DNA from: Thermoplasmata archaeon
GTDB taxonomy: Archaea; Thermoplasmatota; Thermoplasmata; Thermoplasmatales; ARK-15
NCBI GenBank assembly: GCA_049967255.1
Contig: JBMFTB010000004.1
Span: 1-47,669 of the forward strand
Reading direction: 5' to 3'
Length of the DNA: 47,669 bases
The notes under the pieces are model-generated. The model did not search any database. It was given only the letters and a program-made list of their open reading frames with translations, and was not told the origin of the DNA. Below are positions 9,601 through 18,765 of the stretch, in pieces. A program made the position numbers and the translations under genes. The stretch's first letter is position 1. Every line of letters begins with the position of its first letter.

Positions 9601-9999
9601 TTATAGGGGCACAAACTTGTACCCATATTCTATTATACCTGAATCACTTTCCTCCCTTATTCTTCTGAAGACGGCTTTAACAGGCATACCTATTTTTACT
9701 TCATCATACTCTATGTCCGTTAATTGCCCTGTAATTTTCGGCCCATCATCCATTTCAACCAATACCATTATGTATGGCTTAATAGATTTAAAATCAGGTA
9801 TGTCCTGGCGCACAAGTGTATATGAATAAATCTTTCCCGTCGGCTTTAATTCATGTTTTCTCATTTTCCCAACAGAATCCCTGTGGCAGTATGGGCATAC
9901 GTCTCTAGGTGGGAAATAGACCCTTCCACAGGATGGGCACTTTGTTCCAACAAGCCTATATCTTTGCTCGAATTCCCTCCAGAACCTGGGTATTGTCAT
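9601..9999 (-). CDS. DUF35 Zn-ribbon/OB-fold protein (thiolase-HMGS scaffold)
   Basis: 'CPSCG...PPRDVCPYC', OB-fold 'GKIYSYT', 'YGYKF'. Overlaps the thiolase stop. Confidence 0.93.
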   Translation of the reverse strand: MTIPRFWREFEQRYRLVGTKCPSCGRVYFPPRDVCPYCHRDSVGKMRKHELKPTGKIYSYTLVRQDIPDFKSIKPYIMVLVEMDDGPKITGQLTDIEYDEVKIGMPVKAVFRRIREESDSGIIEYGYKFVPL

Positions 10000-11168
10000 T
10001 TTACCACCTCCATTATGTGAACTATTGATGATCCACCTGAACCACCTATGTTTAATGTGAGTGCATTTTTTGGATCAGGAACCTGCCTTTTATCAGCCTC
10101 TTTCCTTAACTGTAATGTGGCTTCTACAATCTGACCTACGCCTGTTGCACCCACTGGATGTCCTTTAGCCTTAAGGCCACCTGATGGGTTTATTGGTAAT
10201 CTGCTATCCAAGTTCCCATAACCCTCTTCTAGATATTTACCAGCAGTTCCCTTTCTGAAAAAGCCCAGATCCTCAAGGGCTATTAAACCAAATATGGAAT
10301 ATGCATCATGGATTTCAACCAGTGAAATATCCTTAGGCTCAAGCCCAGCCATCTTATAAGCCTTTCTTGCAGCTTCTACAGTTGAATCAAACCTTGTAAT
10401 GTTTTCTCTGCTTTGAAGAGCGATGTAATCGGATGCAACTGATGATGCCTTTACCTTAACAATTCCGTCCTTGCGCCATTTTTTCGCATTTTCCATCGTT
10501 GTAAGAATAACAGCAGATGCACCGTCTGATACAGGGGCGCAATCAAGCATTGTCAAAGGGTCTGCAACCATTGTAGATTTTAAAACATCCTCTACCTTTA
10601 TTATATTTTTGAATTGAGCATATGGATTAAGTGAACCGTGTTTGTGTGAAAGAACTGGCATAAGAGCAATCTGTTCCCTTTTTGTGTTGTATTCAACCAT
10701 ATACCTCCTTGCCATTAAACCAGCCAGTGATGCAAGTGTTGCACCATTGAACAATTCCCATTCCCTGTCAACTTCACCGGAAAGAACCTCTGTAATTTCT
10801 TCCATAGATACATCCGTCAATTTTTCCACTCCACCTACAAGTACAGTATCATAATTCCCAGATGCAACTGCCAAGAATCCTTCGTGGAAAGCAGCTGCAC
10901 CACTTGCACTTCCATTCTCGATCCTTATTGCAGGTATCCTATTGATTGCAAGTCCTGTAAAATCAGCAAGCAATGGACCAATATGATCCTGGAACGTTGT
11001 GGATCCAGCGCTCATATTTCCGCCATATATGGCTTCAATATCCTTGGAATAAATACCTGCATCCTCTATGGCCTTCAATCCTGCTTCAACCGCAAGTGCC
11101 CTTAATGATTTTTCCCAGTGCTCTCCAAATTTTGTCTGCCCAACACCAACGATTACAACATCCCTCAT
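9996..11168 (-). CDS. Archaeal SCP2-type thiolase homolog (catalytic Cys replaced)
   Basis: 'GVGQTKFGE', 'DCAPVSDGA', 'INPSGGLKAKGHPVGATG'. Nucleophile motif reads ENGSASG and the HDCF motif reads HDAY. Confidence 0.88.
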   Translation of the reverse strand: MRDVVIVGVGQTKFGEHWEKSLRALAVEAGLKAIEDAGIYSKDIEAIYGGNMSAGSTTFQDHIGPLLADFTGLAINRIPAIRIENGSASGAAAFHEGFLAVASGNYDTVLVGGVEKLTDVSMEEITEVLSGEVDREWELFNGATLASLAGLMARRYMVEYNTKREQIALMPVLSHKHGSLNPYAQFKNIIKVEDVLKSTMVADPLTMLDCAPVSDGASAVILTTMENAKKWRKDGIVKVKASSVASDYIALQSRENITRFDSTVEAARKAYKMAGLEPKDISLVEIHDAYSIFGLIALEDLGFFRKGTAGKYLEEGYGNLDSRLPINPSGGLKAKGHPVGATGVGQIVEATLQLRKEADKRQVPDPKNALTLNIGGSGGSSIVHIMEVVK

Positions 11169-11170
11169 CT

Positions 11171-12211
11171 TTACTCACCCATCTTTATCTTTCTTTTGAA
11201 TTTTGCGTAATACGCATAATCAATGAATTTAGACCTTTCAATCTGGGACCAGACTGATTGCGCATTTTCCTTTTTATAATTTTCAATTTCTTTGGTTATT
11301 TCAATATGAAATGCATCGCTTCCTGCACCAGATCCAAATGAAACAGCAAGAATCCTGTCGCCTGGTTTGCTTATATCGAGAATTGCAGAGAGACCGGTTA
11401 TCATTGAGCCCGAATATGTGTTTCCTATGTAAGGTACTATCAACCCCTGCTTAATCTGGGATTCTTTGAATCCAAGCGTTTTTGCAGCTCTGGATGGGAA
11501 TTTTCCATTGGGCTGATGGAATACCGCATAGGTATAATCTTCAGGCTTTGTTTTCATTATTTCCATCATTTTTCTAGATGCATCAAGCACATGGCGGAAA
11601 TATGCAGGTTCACCAGTGAATCTACCACCATGCCTTGGATAATCCTGACCCTCTCTTCTCCAAAAATCAGGCGTGTCTGTGGTTATTGAATATGTTGCTT
11701 TTATTTCAGCAATGACGTTCTCATTGCCAATTACAAATGCTGTGCCACCCGCTGCAGCTGAATATTCAAGTGCATCCCCTGGTGCACCCTGGCTTGTATC
11801 TGCGCCAATTGCAACACCTTCTTTAATCATTCCACTCTTTACCATACCCATTACTGTTTGCATTGCAGCTGTACCTGCTTTGCATGCAAATTCATAATCA
11901 GCTGCTGTTATTTCAGGTGCAAAACCTGTGGCTTCTGCAACTATTGTTGCCGTAGGTTTAACAGCGTAAGGATGTGATTCAGAGCCAACATAAATCGCGC
12001 CGACACCTGAAGGCTTTTTTCTAGCCATTGCATTTCTCAAAGATTCAACAGATATTGTTGCTGTGTCTTCATCTGGGCCTGGTACGCTTTTGCTGTAAAT
12101 GTATAGGCCATTCTTTATATCTTCAGGATCCTCACCCCATACCCTTGCAATCTCTTCTACCTTGATTCTAAATCTTGGGATGTAGGATCCATAGGTCACT
12201 ATACCAACCAT
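11171..12211 (-). CDS. Hydroxymethylglutaryl-CoA synthase (archaeal type)
   Basis: '[11 protein letters not shown]', 'EFACKAGT', 'DTPDFWRR', 'FHQPNGKFP', 'GNTYSGS', 'SFGSGAGSD'. Confidence 0.95.
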   Translation of the reverse strand: MVGIVTYGSYIPRFRIKVEEIARVWGEDPEDIKNGLYIYSKSVPGPDEDTATISVESLRNAMARKKPSGVGAIYVGSESHPYAVKPTATIVAEATGFAPEITAADYEFACKAGTAAMQTVMGMVKSGMIKEGVAIGADTSQGAPGDALEYSAAAGGTAFVIGNENVIAEIKATYSITTDTPDFWRREGQDYPRHGGRFTGEPAYFRHVLDASRKMMEIMKTKPEDYTYAVFHQPNGKFPSRAAKTLGFKESQIKQGLIVPYIGNTYSGSMITGLSAILDISKPGDRILAVSFGSGAGSDAFHIEITKEIENYKKENAQSVWSQIERSKFIDYAYYAKFKRKIKMGE

Positions 12212-12303
12212 TGTTTCACCTTCTTTTGTATTACAAAAAATAATAGTATATAACCTTAACTATTGTTAAAGTTTATCTTCGGCAATTAACTAATAAAAAT
12301 TAT

Positions 12304-12591
12304 TTATTTATCTTCCACTATGAACCCCATGTCTTGAAGAATCTTCTTTACCCGTTCTCTATGATCGCCCTGCAGTTCTATTTTTTCATCTTTAAATGTT
12401 CCACCTGCAGCAACACTATGTTTTAACTCCTTTGCAAGTTCTTTAAGATCTACTGAAGAATCAAAACCTTCTATCACAGTCATTGTTTTTCCATATCTTC
12501 TGCGATCCGTATAAACTCTTAGAACCTGCTGCGTTGCCAGTTCATCAAAATTTGTTAATTCTTTCGGAAGACCGGTACTACTCTTTTTCAT
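12304..12591 (-). CDS. Translation initiation factor aIF1 (SUI1/YciH)
   Basis: 'RRYGKTMTVIEG', 'LAKELK...AAGGTFKD.KIELQGDHR'. Confidence 0.93.
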   Translation of the reverse strand: MKKSSTGLPKELTNFDELATQQVLRVYTDRRRYGKTMTVIEGFDSSVDLKELAKELKHSVAAGGTFKDEKIELQGDHRERVKKILQDMGFIVEDK

Positions 12592-12710
12592 TCCAATTCA
12601 ATTATAAACAATTGTAGTATTTATAATTTTTCTTTTAACTTTTTATGATGTTTTGAAGTGCTTTTCCTAAAAAATTTTTTATATTCAATCACATTATGAA
12701 GTAAGGAGAG

Positions 12711-13088
12711 ATGAAAGGATTATATAAAAATGGAAAACATCTATGGATGTATAATTTCATAATAGTAATTGCTTCACTATTATCATCCATAATTATCTTT
12801 TTAGTTTCATTCAACATGCTTAATGGCGTTTTACCTGCAAATTCATATCCTAATGGTTCATCCGTTATTTTTAAAGAAACTGGTTTACCAGCGAATACAA
12901 CATGGAATGTAACCTTTAATGGCACAACCAAAAATTCTAATTCAAGCGCTATAATATTCATTTCCCCAAATGGTAGCTATAATTTTACTGTTGGTATTTT
13001 AAATAATTATGTCCCTGATCCATCTTGCGGAAATCTAATTATTGATGGTTCAAATGTTGTGGTTAATATTACCTTCAAGAGAATATAA
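12711..13088 (+). CDS. Small membrane-anchored/secreted protein with one thermopsin-type beta repeat
   Basis: N-terminal hydrophobic helix, then 'VIFKETGLPANTTWNVTFNG...PNGSYNFTV', with many NxS/T sequons. Confidence 0.7.
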   Translation: MKGLYKNGKHLWMYNFIIVIASLLSSIIIFLVSFNMLNGVLPANSYPNGSSVIFKETGLPANTTWNVTFNGTTKNSNSSAIIFISPNGSYNFTVGILNNYVPDPSCGNLIIDGSNVVVNITFKRI

Positions 13089-13106
13089 AAAAATTTAATC
13101 ATAAAA

Positions 13107-13191
13107 TGCGGAGGGAGGGATTTGAACCCTCGCATCCCTGCGGAACCAGACCCTCAATCTGGCGCCTTTGACCAGTCTCGACAACCTCCGC
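13107..13191 (-). tRNA. tRNA-Leu(GAG)
   Basis: Reverse complement GCGGAGG...CCAGA-TT-GAG-GG-TCTGG, long variable arm, GAGGG-TTCAAAT-CCCTC-CCTCCGC-A. Confidence 0.96.
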
Positions 13192-13219
13192 TTGGTTCCG
13201 GATATGTAGAAACATATAT

Positions 13220-16051
13220 TTAATTTTGTTTTTCGCATATGTTCCTTAAATTGCATTTTTCACAATTGATCTTTTTGTATGAAAAAATTCCTTCCTCTAT
13301 GTTTTTTATTGTTTCCATAATGATTTTTTCCGTATTAGAGATTTCGTCCATACTGAATGCATGCTCAATATATTTACCACTCCTTAAATAGATTAAAATT
13401 ACTTTATCTGGTAATCTGCCAAACCTCTTTAAAAATGCGTATGCATATATGCCCATCTGTAACATATCAAAATCATCTTCGTTTCCTGTTTTATAATCGA
13501 TTATTATTGAATGCTCTCCAAGCGATAAAAGATCGTATCTCACATTCAGGATTGTATGATCTATTTTTACCTTTAAAGAATATTCTCTGAAAATTTTATT
13601 TTCAGGGTCGTGAACAATTTCCCAAAATGGTGTATCTTTTAGGAATTTAATATAATCATAAAAAATCTCAGGCCATAGACTTTCTTCAAAATCTGCATTT
13701 TCCATAAATGCATGGAATGCTTCACCAAACTTCATATTTTCATTTCTGTCAATATTCCCAACCATTTTTTTCAAATAATAATATCTAGGGCAAAATGCAT
13801 ATTCCTTGATTCCTGTGGCACTTATATACGGCAGTTTCACACTTTCTTTTTTCATTTGCAATAACATCATTGCATTAGTTTCTTTTTTCTTATAGTAATT
13901 TTCTAATTCTTTAAGAATTCCAAGTGCCTTTTTTCTGTACTGCATTAGCTTTTCACTATCCATATTTTTCAGAATAAAATCTGAAAAATTCTTTTCCTTT
14001 TCATTTGCTTTCTCTGGTAAAGAAAAAATTAGGTATTGTTTTGCCCTGGTAAATGCTACGTATAATATTCTCAAATTTTCCTGCAGCCTTCTCCTTGATA
14101 TTTCTTCCTCAACCCTCCTGCCCATTTTTTCATTCATAAGTTCTTCAATCTCTATGTAAATGCCAAGTTCCCTGTCAAAATATACATTCTCACTATTTCT
14201 TCTGAACTCTGACTGCAAATCTGCAATGAACACTATGGGGAATTCAAGACCTTTACTGGCATGTATTGTCATCAATCTAACACTATTTTCTTTCAATTCG
14301 AATGTGGGTAATGCTGATATCTTTTCATTTTGCATAATACCTTCTAACTTTTCCATAAAAATGCTCATTGGAAGTATTTTTTCATCCTCAATTTCCCTGA
14401 CAAGATCAATGAATCTGTATATATTCAAGTACCTTTGAACACCATTTGAATCTTTCAAGACGTTAACATCGTAACCTGTTCTTTTAAGAAATTCAATTAC
14501 TATCCTTTCTTTCCTCAGATTTAACATATTTGACAAATATCTCATATCGTTTAGAAAATCAACCACATTTTCTTCTTTATCTGAATTTATATCTTTTCCA
14601 TAAACTATGGAAAGTATTTCTGCCACTTCAAAATCTTTGATTTTTTTCCATCTGGACGTGTTTAAAATATCAAAAACATTTACCAATATTTTTATTTCTT
14701 CTGTCTGAAAGAAATTCTCCTTATCAATGAAAGTGAATTTGATACACCTTTGCCTCAGTGCATCTGCATAAAAACCCATATAGTATTTTGATCTGAATAG
14801 AATTGCAATATCACCCATTTCAACATTGCGCAGCGATCCATCTTTTTCCCTTATTTTTCCATTTTTTAAAAAGTATATGATTGCTTTTGCAAAATTTTCT
14901 GCCTCGATCTTATGCCTCTCCCTTGCAATTAAATCTTCACCCTTGATTATAAATACACCACCTTCGTTGAATTCCTTTTCCATAGGAATAATTCTTATAT
15001 ATTTTACCATGGGCAGGTTTTCAGAAAATATTTTAATAAATAATTCATTAACAAAATCTATAATCTCTGGAACAGACCTGAAATTTTCATTCATCTCAAC
15101 CTGCTTAAAATTACCACTTTTTACATTTTTTATTGTTTCAACGGGCGTAGCATCTCGCCATTCATAAATGCTCTGGAAAAAATCGCCAGCAAATATCTGT
15201 CTCGAATTTCTTGAAATTTTATTTATTATTTCTTGCTGTATGAAACTCGTATCTTGGTATTCATCAACAATAACATATTCGAAATTCTTAAATTCTTTAA
15301 TATTATCATCGTTCAACGCCTGGTTTGCATAATACAAAATATCATCATATGAGAGAATACCAAGCCTTTTTTTCTTCATTTCCAAGCTATTGTAAAATTC
15401 AGTAAATATCCTTATTATTGGCTCTATAAGATATTCATTTGCCTCATTCTCATCCTGGTAATCCTTTGATGTTTCCCTTATCTTTGATACTGTTGTTTTT
15501 AAATCCCAGCCCATTACCTTTGTTTTATCATAAAGAATGAAAATTATATCGTTTAATGATAATTCATTTCTACCAATCCTTATTGGATTTAGATATTCTG
15601 TTAGCTTATCAATTTCATCTTTTTCAAGGGAATTTATTATTTCTCTATAAGTTGAATTTTTTAAGTCCATATTTAGGTATTCATCGCCAGCCCTGTAATC
15701 AGGATCAATACCCATTTTTACTGATACATTCTTTAATATTTTATTGGCAAAGCTATGTATGGTTGATATATAATTTAATGGCCCTATATAATCGTATTTT
15801 TCTTCAAGTTTTTCTCTTATACGTTCCTTTATTTCTGTGGAAGCATCATCCGTAAATGTAATAACGAGAATTTTATCAAGAACCCTAGAAATATCATGAT
15901 ATTTTTTTAAAAGTGAATCTATAATGCTCAAATACGTGCATACCAGAACAGTTGTTTTACCTGACCCTGCTACAGCAAATGCTGAAATATTTGTATTTTC
16001 CGCGTTAACTATGACATCCTTCTGCTTGTCCGTTAGATTGTCGCAATTCAT
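13220..16051 (-). CDS. AddA-like UvrD/SF1A helicase with C-terminal PD-(D/E)XK nuclease
   Basis: Walker A 'AVAGSGKT', 'ITFT', 'STIHSFA', 'DEYQDT', 'GDFFQSIYEWR', 'MTIHASKGLEFP', 'LYVAFTRAK'. Nuclease 'RYDLL..IIDYKTG..QMGIY'. Confidence 0.88.
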   Translation of the reverse strand: MNCDNLTDKQKDVIVNAENTNISAFAVAGSGKTTVLVCTYLSIIDSLLKKYHDISRVLDKILVITFTDDASTEIKERIREKLEEKYDYIGPLNYISTIHSFANKILKNVSVKMGIDPDYRAGDEYLNMDLKNSTYREIINSLEKDEIDKLTEYLNPIRIGRNELSLNDIIFILYDKTKVMGWDLKTTVSKIRETSKDYQDENEANEYLIEPIIRIFTEFYNSLEMKKKRLGILSYDDILYYANQALNDDNIKEFKNFEYVIVDEYQDTSFIQQEIINKISRNSRQIFAGDFFQSIYEWRDATPVETIKNVKSGNFKQVEMNENFRSVPEIIDFVNELFIKIFSENLPMVKYIRIIPMEKEFNEGGVFIIKGEDLIARERHKIEAENFAKAIIYFLKNGKIREKDGSLRNVEMGDIAILFRSKYYMGFYADALRQRCIKFTFIDKENFFQTEEIKILVNVFDILNTSRWKKIKDFEVAEILSIVYGKDINSDKEENVVDFLNDMRYLSNMLNLRKERIVIEFLKRTGYDVNVLKDSNGVQRYLNIYRFIDLVREIEDEKILPMSIFMEKLEGIMQNEKISALPTFELKENSVRLMTIHASKGLEFPIVFIADLQSEFRRNSENVYFDRELGIYIEIEELMNEKMGRRVEEEISRRRLQENLRILYVAFTRAKQYLIFSLPEKANEKEKNFSDFILKNMDSEKLMQYRKKALGILKELENYYKKKETNAMMLLQMKKESVKLPYISATGIKEYAFCPRYYYLKKMVGNIDRNENMKFGEAFHAFMENADFEESLWPEIFYDYIKFLKDTPFWEIVHDPENKIFREYSLKVKIDHTILNVRYDLLSLGEHSIIIDYKTGNEDDFDMLQMGIYAYAFLKRFGRLPDKVILIYLRSGKYIEHAFSMDEISNTEKIIMETIKNIEEGIFSYKKINCEKCNLRNICEKQN

Positions 16052-18558
16052 ATAAAATCACCCCTGCAAAGGAACCTGAACTCACAGTTATGGCATATAT
16101 TTTCCTGATCAGTCAATGGAAATTCACAATTCTTTATACCATTTATTATTTCAGTTATCCTTTTTTCTATAACACTTTTGAAAGTATCATTCCATACATT
16201 ATTTTTTATATAATTTACCCATCCAGGCGTCCTTGCTCTGAAATTCTTTGTATAGAGGTAAAGCCACTTTTTCTGTTTTCTGAACTTTGTTCTGATTGGA
16301 AAATAAAGTGCAACAAATGATTGTGGATTAAAATTTTTTTCAAGCCATAAAATATAAATGGGTAGGCTTAAATCCCTCTCACCTTTTCTCATGTCATTTT
16401 CATCGGCGATAAAAAGACCACGCACATGGCTCAGGGATGAATATTTGTAATCTATCAGCACATAGGTGTTTTCAACTCTGTCGATCCTGTCTATCCTTCC
16501 AGTTATCTTTGTTCCAGAAAAATACATTGAAAATTCTTTTTCCCTTTCAAGAACATTCCTGTTCGGGTCTATATTCAAATCATTTTTTATAGATTTTATT
16601 GCATCTCTTTTTATTGTTTCTAAATGTATTAAAAATTCTCTATCATTTGAAATACTCATTTTATTTATAATATCCTCAATTTCTTTTTTAAGAGAAATTT
16701 CTCTGTTGTTTAACAATTTTTGAAGTTCAGAAAGGTTTTGATGTTTACTATAAAATTCTTTCAAGATATCATGGATGATTGTGCCCATATGAGGTGGTGA
16801 GAACGGCTTTACGGGTACTTCAAGCTCCAATATGTATCTAAAATAAAATTTTCTAGGGCAAGCATTGTAAGTTGTTATATGCGACGGGGTTAATTCCATT
16901 TTCACAATTTTTTCTTTTACTGAATCATTGCATTTTATTTTGATTTCCTTATTAGATGGTAATACACCTTGGACAGCTAGACTAATATCTAAATCCTTTT
17001 TGCTGTAGGCAACATCACCAAATACTAATGATGATGCAGTATGCGTTTCCCTCTTTATATTCAAATTAAACTCTTTTTCGAATTTTTTAATAAAATAGCT
17101 CTCTAAATACCTCTTTCCATCAACATCAAGATACGGATATGTAATCAATATTTTTTTTGAACTGGAAACGGATGAAATGAATCTATAGAACTCAGATTTT
17201 TCATGCAAGTATTGGTTTTTATAATAAAGTTCATTTTTATTATAAATTTCTGTAAAAATGATATTATTTTGATAAGGTCTTGGAAAATATCCATCACGCA
17301 TTCCGCCAATGATGGTATATTTAGGCTTTCTAAGCGATATATTTCCCATGTCTATTATCTGAACTGCATTCAGATTTTCTAAATTTCTACCAAAGGTTGA
17401 AGTTGCTAAAAAGGATATTAGAAAATCCCTATAATCAATATAACTCTCATTAAGATATGGACGTAATATTTTCATTTCATTCTTAAACTCATTTATACCA
17501 CGTACAAGCTTGTCCATTCCTAGCAAAAACTCCTCTTTATTATTTTCATTAGTAATGTTCATTAAAATATCATAACAGATATCTATAAATTTTTCAAGAT
17601 CGTTATTTTCTGCATTTTTACCTAGATTTTCTATTAACGCATTAGATAAAGGCAATTCAATTAATTTTACCCTCGATTCTTGAAAATATGGAATTGAATA
17701 ATCACTGAAAATTTCTTCTATAAAATTATCATACTGTTTTGCATCCGGAAAAGCAATAATAAAATCAGAAAATTTATAGCCTTGGTGAATCTTGTTAAGT
17801 ATAAAATTTGCTATGTATTTAATTTCCCTTCTTTCATCAGGTAATGACTCCAGAACAATCTCTTCAGGAATTGAAATTTCTTCTGATTCAATATCATCAG
17901 GATCAATTCTCTTAAGAAATACCTCTGATGTTTCACTATCCAGGGGTTGAATCAAAAATATTATATTGTATTTATTTTTAAAATAGTCTATAAATTTCTT
18001 TAACTCTGGACCTATATAATAAAAGCAGCAAAATAATATATTTTTAAAATTTTTTTCTTCAATATTATTTTTTATTATTTCAATAATTTTTATTTTTGGA
18101 TAAAAATACATAATTCTATTTTCTACATTTATTCCACTTTCCAATTTATCCATTATTTTAGAGAAATTTGAATCAAAAAGTTCATAAAATTTTGATTCTA
18201 ATAATTTTTTATTCACACTTAAAAGATTCTCCTTAATTTCCCAATACTCTGATAAAAGTTCTGTAATAAAATGTTCATTTTCGTGGAGATCCCTGAAGTA
18301 ATTTAGACCCATAATGGACAAATGTGCAATCTGCCTTTCCAGAAATCGTGGAAGAATAGATATGTTTTGCTCTGAAATTTCTTTTGCTAAGGTAAAGATT
18401 GTATATATGTTTGCTGGAATTTCTTTTATTTCATCATCTTGTAATAAAGATATTTCAAAATTTCTTTGAATAATGAAATCAGGAAATATTATTGCATCAT
18501 AATTTTTATAATTCTTTTTGAGAAATTCAAGCGGATCACTGAATATTACCTTCAGCAT
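16048..18558 (-). CDS. AddB-like inactivated helicase fold with Fe-S PD-(D/E)XK nuclease
   Basis: No Walker A. 'LTPSHITTYNACPRKFY', 'GTIIHDIL', 'GRIDRID...IDYK', C-terminal 'CHNCEFRFLC'. ATGA overlap with the AddA-like gene. Confidence 0.82.
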   Translation of the reverse strand: MLKVIFSDPLEFLKKNYKNYDAIIFPDFIIQRNFEISLLQDDEIKEIPANIYTIFTLAKEISEQNISILPRFLERQIAHLSIMGLNYFRDLHENEHFITELLSEYWEIKENLLSVNKKLLESKFYELFDSNFSKIMDKLESGINVENRIMYFYPKIKIIEIIKNNIEEKNFKNILFCCFYYIGPELKKFIDYFKNKYNIIFLIQPLDSETSEVFLKRIDPDDIESEEISIPEEIVLESLPDERREIKYIANFILNKIHQGYKFSDFIIAFPDAKQYDNFIEEIFSDYSIPYFQESRVKLIELPLSNALIENLGKNAENNDLEKFIDICYDILMNITNENNKEEFLLGMDKLVRGINEFKNEMKILRPYLNESYIDYRDFLISFLATSTFGRNLENLNAVQIIDMGNISLRKPKYTIIGGMRDGYFPRPYQNNIIFTEIYNKNELYYKNQYLHEKSEFYRFISSVSSSKKILITYPYLDVDGKRYLESYFIKKFEKEFNLNIKRETHTASSLVFGDVAYSKKDLDISLAVQGVLPSNKEIKIKCNDSVKEKIVKMELTPSHITTYNACPRKFYFRYILELEVPVKPFSPPHMGTIIHDILKEFYSKHQNLSELQKLLNNREISLKKEIEDIINKMSISNDREFLIHLETIKRDAIKSIKNDLNIDPNRNVLEREKEFSMYFSGTKITGRIDRIDRVENTYVLIDYKYSSLSHVRGLFIADENDMRKGERDLSLPIYILWLEKNFNPQSFVALYFPIRTKFRKQKKWLYLYTKNFRARTPGWVNYIKNNVWNDTFKSVIEKRITEIINGIKNCEFPLTDQENICHNCEFRFLCRGDFI

Positions 18559-18652
18559 CTTTTTTCAGATTAATTAAAGATTGATATAAATATTTTGAAA
18601 AAATTTTTAGAAAGATTTATAAGGTATTGAAAATTTAGGAAATTGAGACTTT

Positions 18653-18753
18653 AAAATAGTCATCCCTGATCATAATGAATCTCAATCTCAATATTCATCA
18701 AATAATAATAATGTTCGATGAGGCTTTGAGGCGAGTGAAGAGATGACTATTTT
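18653..18753 (+). promoter_or_regulatory. Candidate structured 5' leader of dnaG
   Basis: 12-bp perfect inverted repeat AAAATAGTCATC/GATGACTATTTT enclosing further pairings, downstream of TATA-like TTTATAAG (18616). Confidence 0.45.
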
Positions 18754-18765
18754 TGAAAAAAGAAG

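Noticed and set aside
13141-13200. 8-nt complementarity between the tRNA-Leu 5' leader and the tRNA body (CGGAACCA/TGGTTCCG)
   Set aside because: Short enough to be chance; not a direct repeat, so not an att site.
13107-18558. AddAB-like genes as a tRNA-integrated island
   Set aside because: They lie on the 5' side of the tRNA, with no integrase and no duplicated tRNA end.
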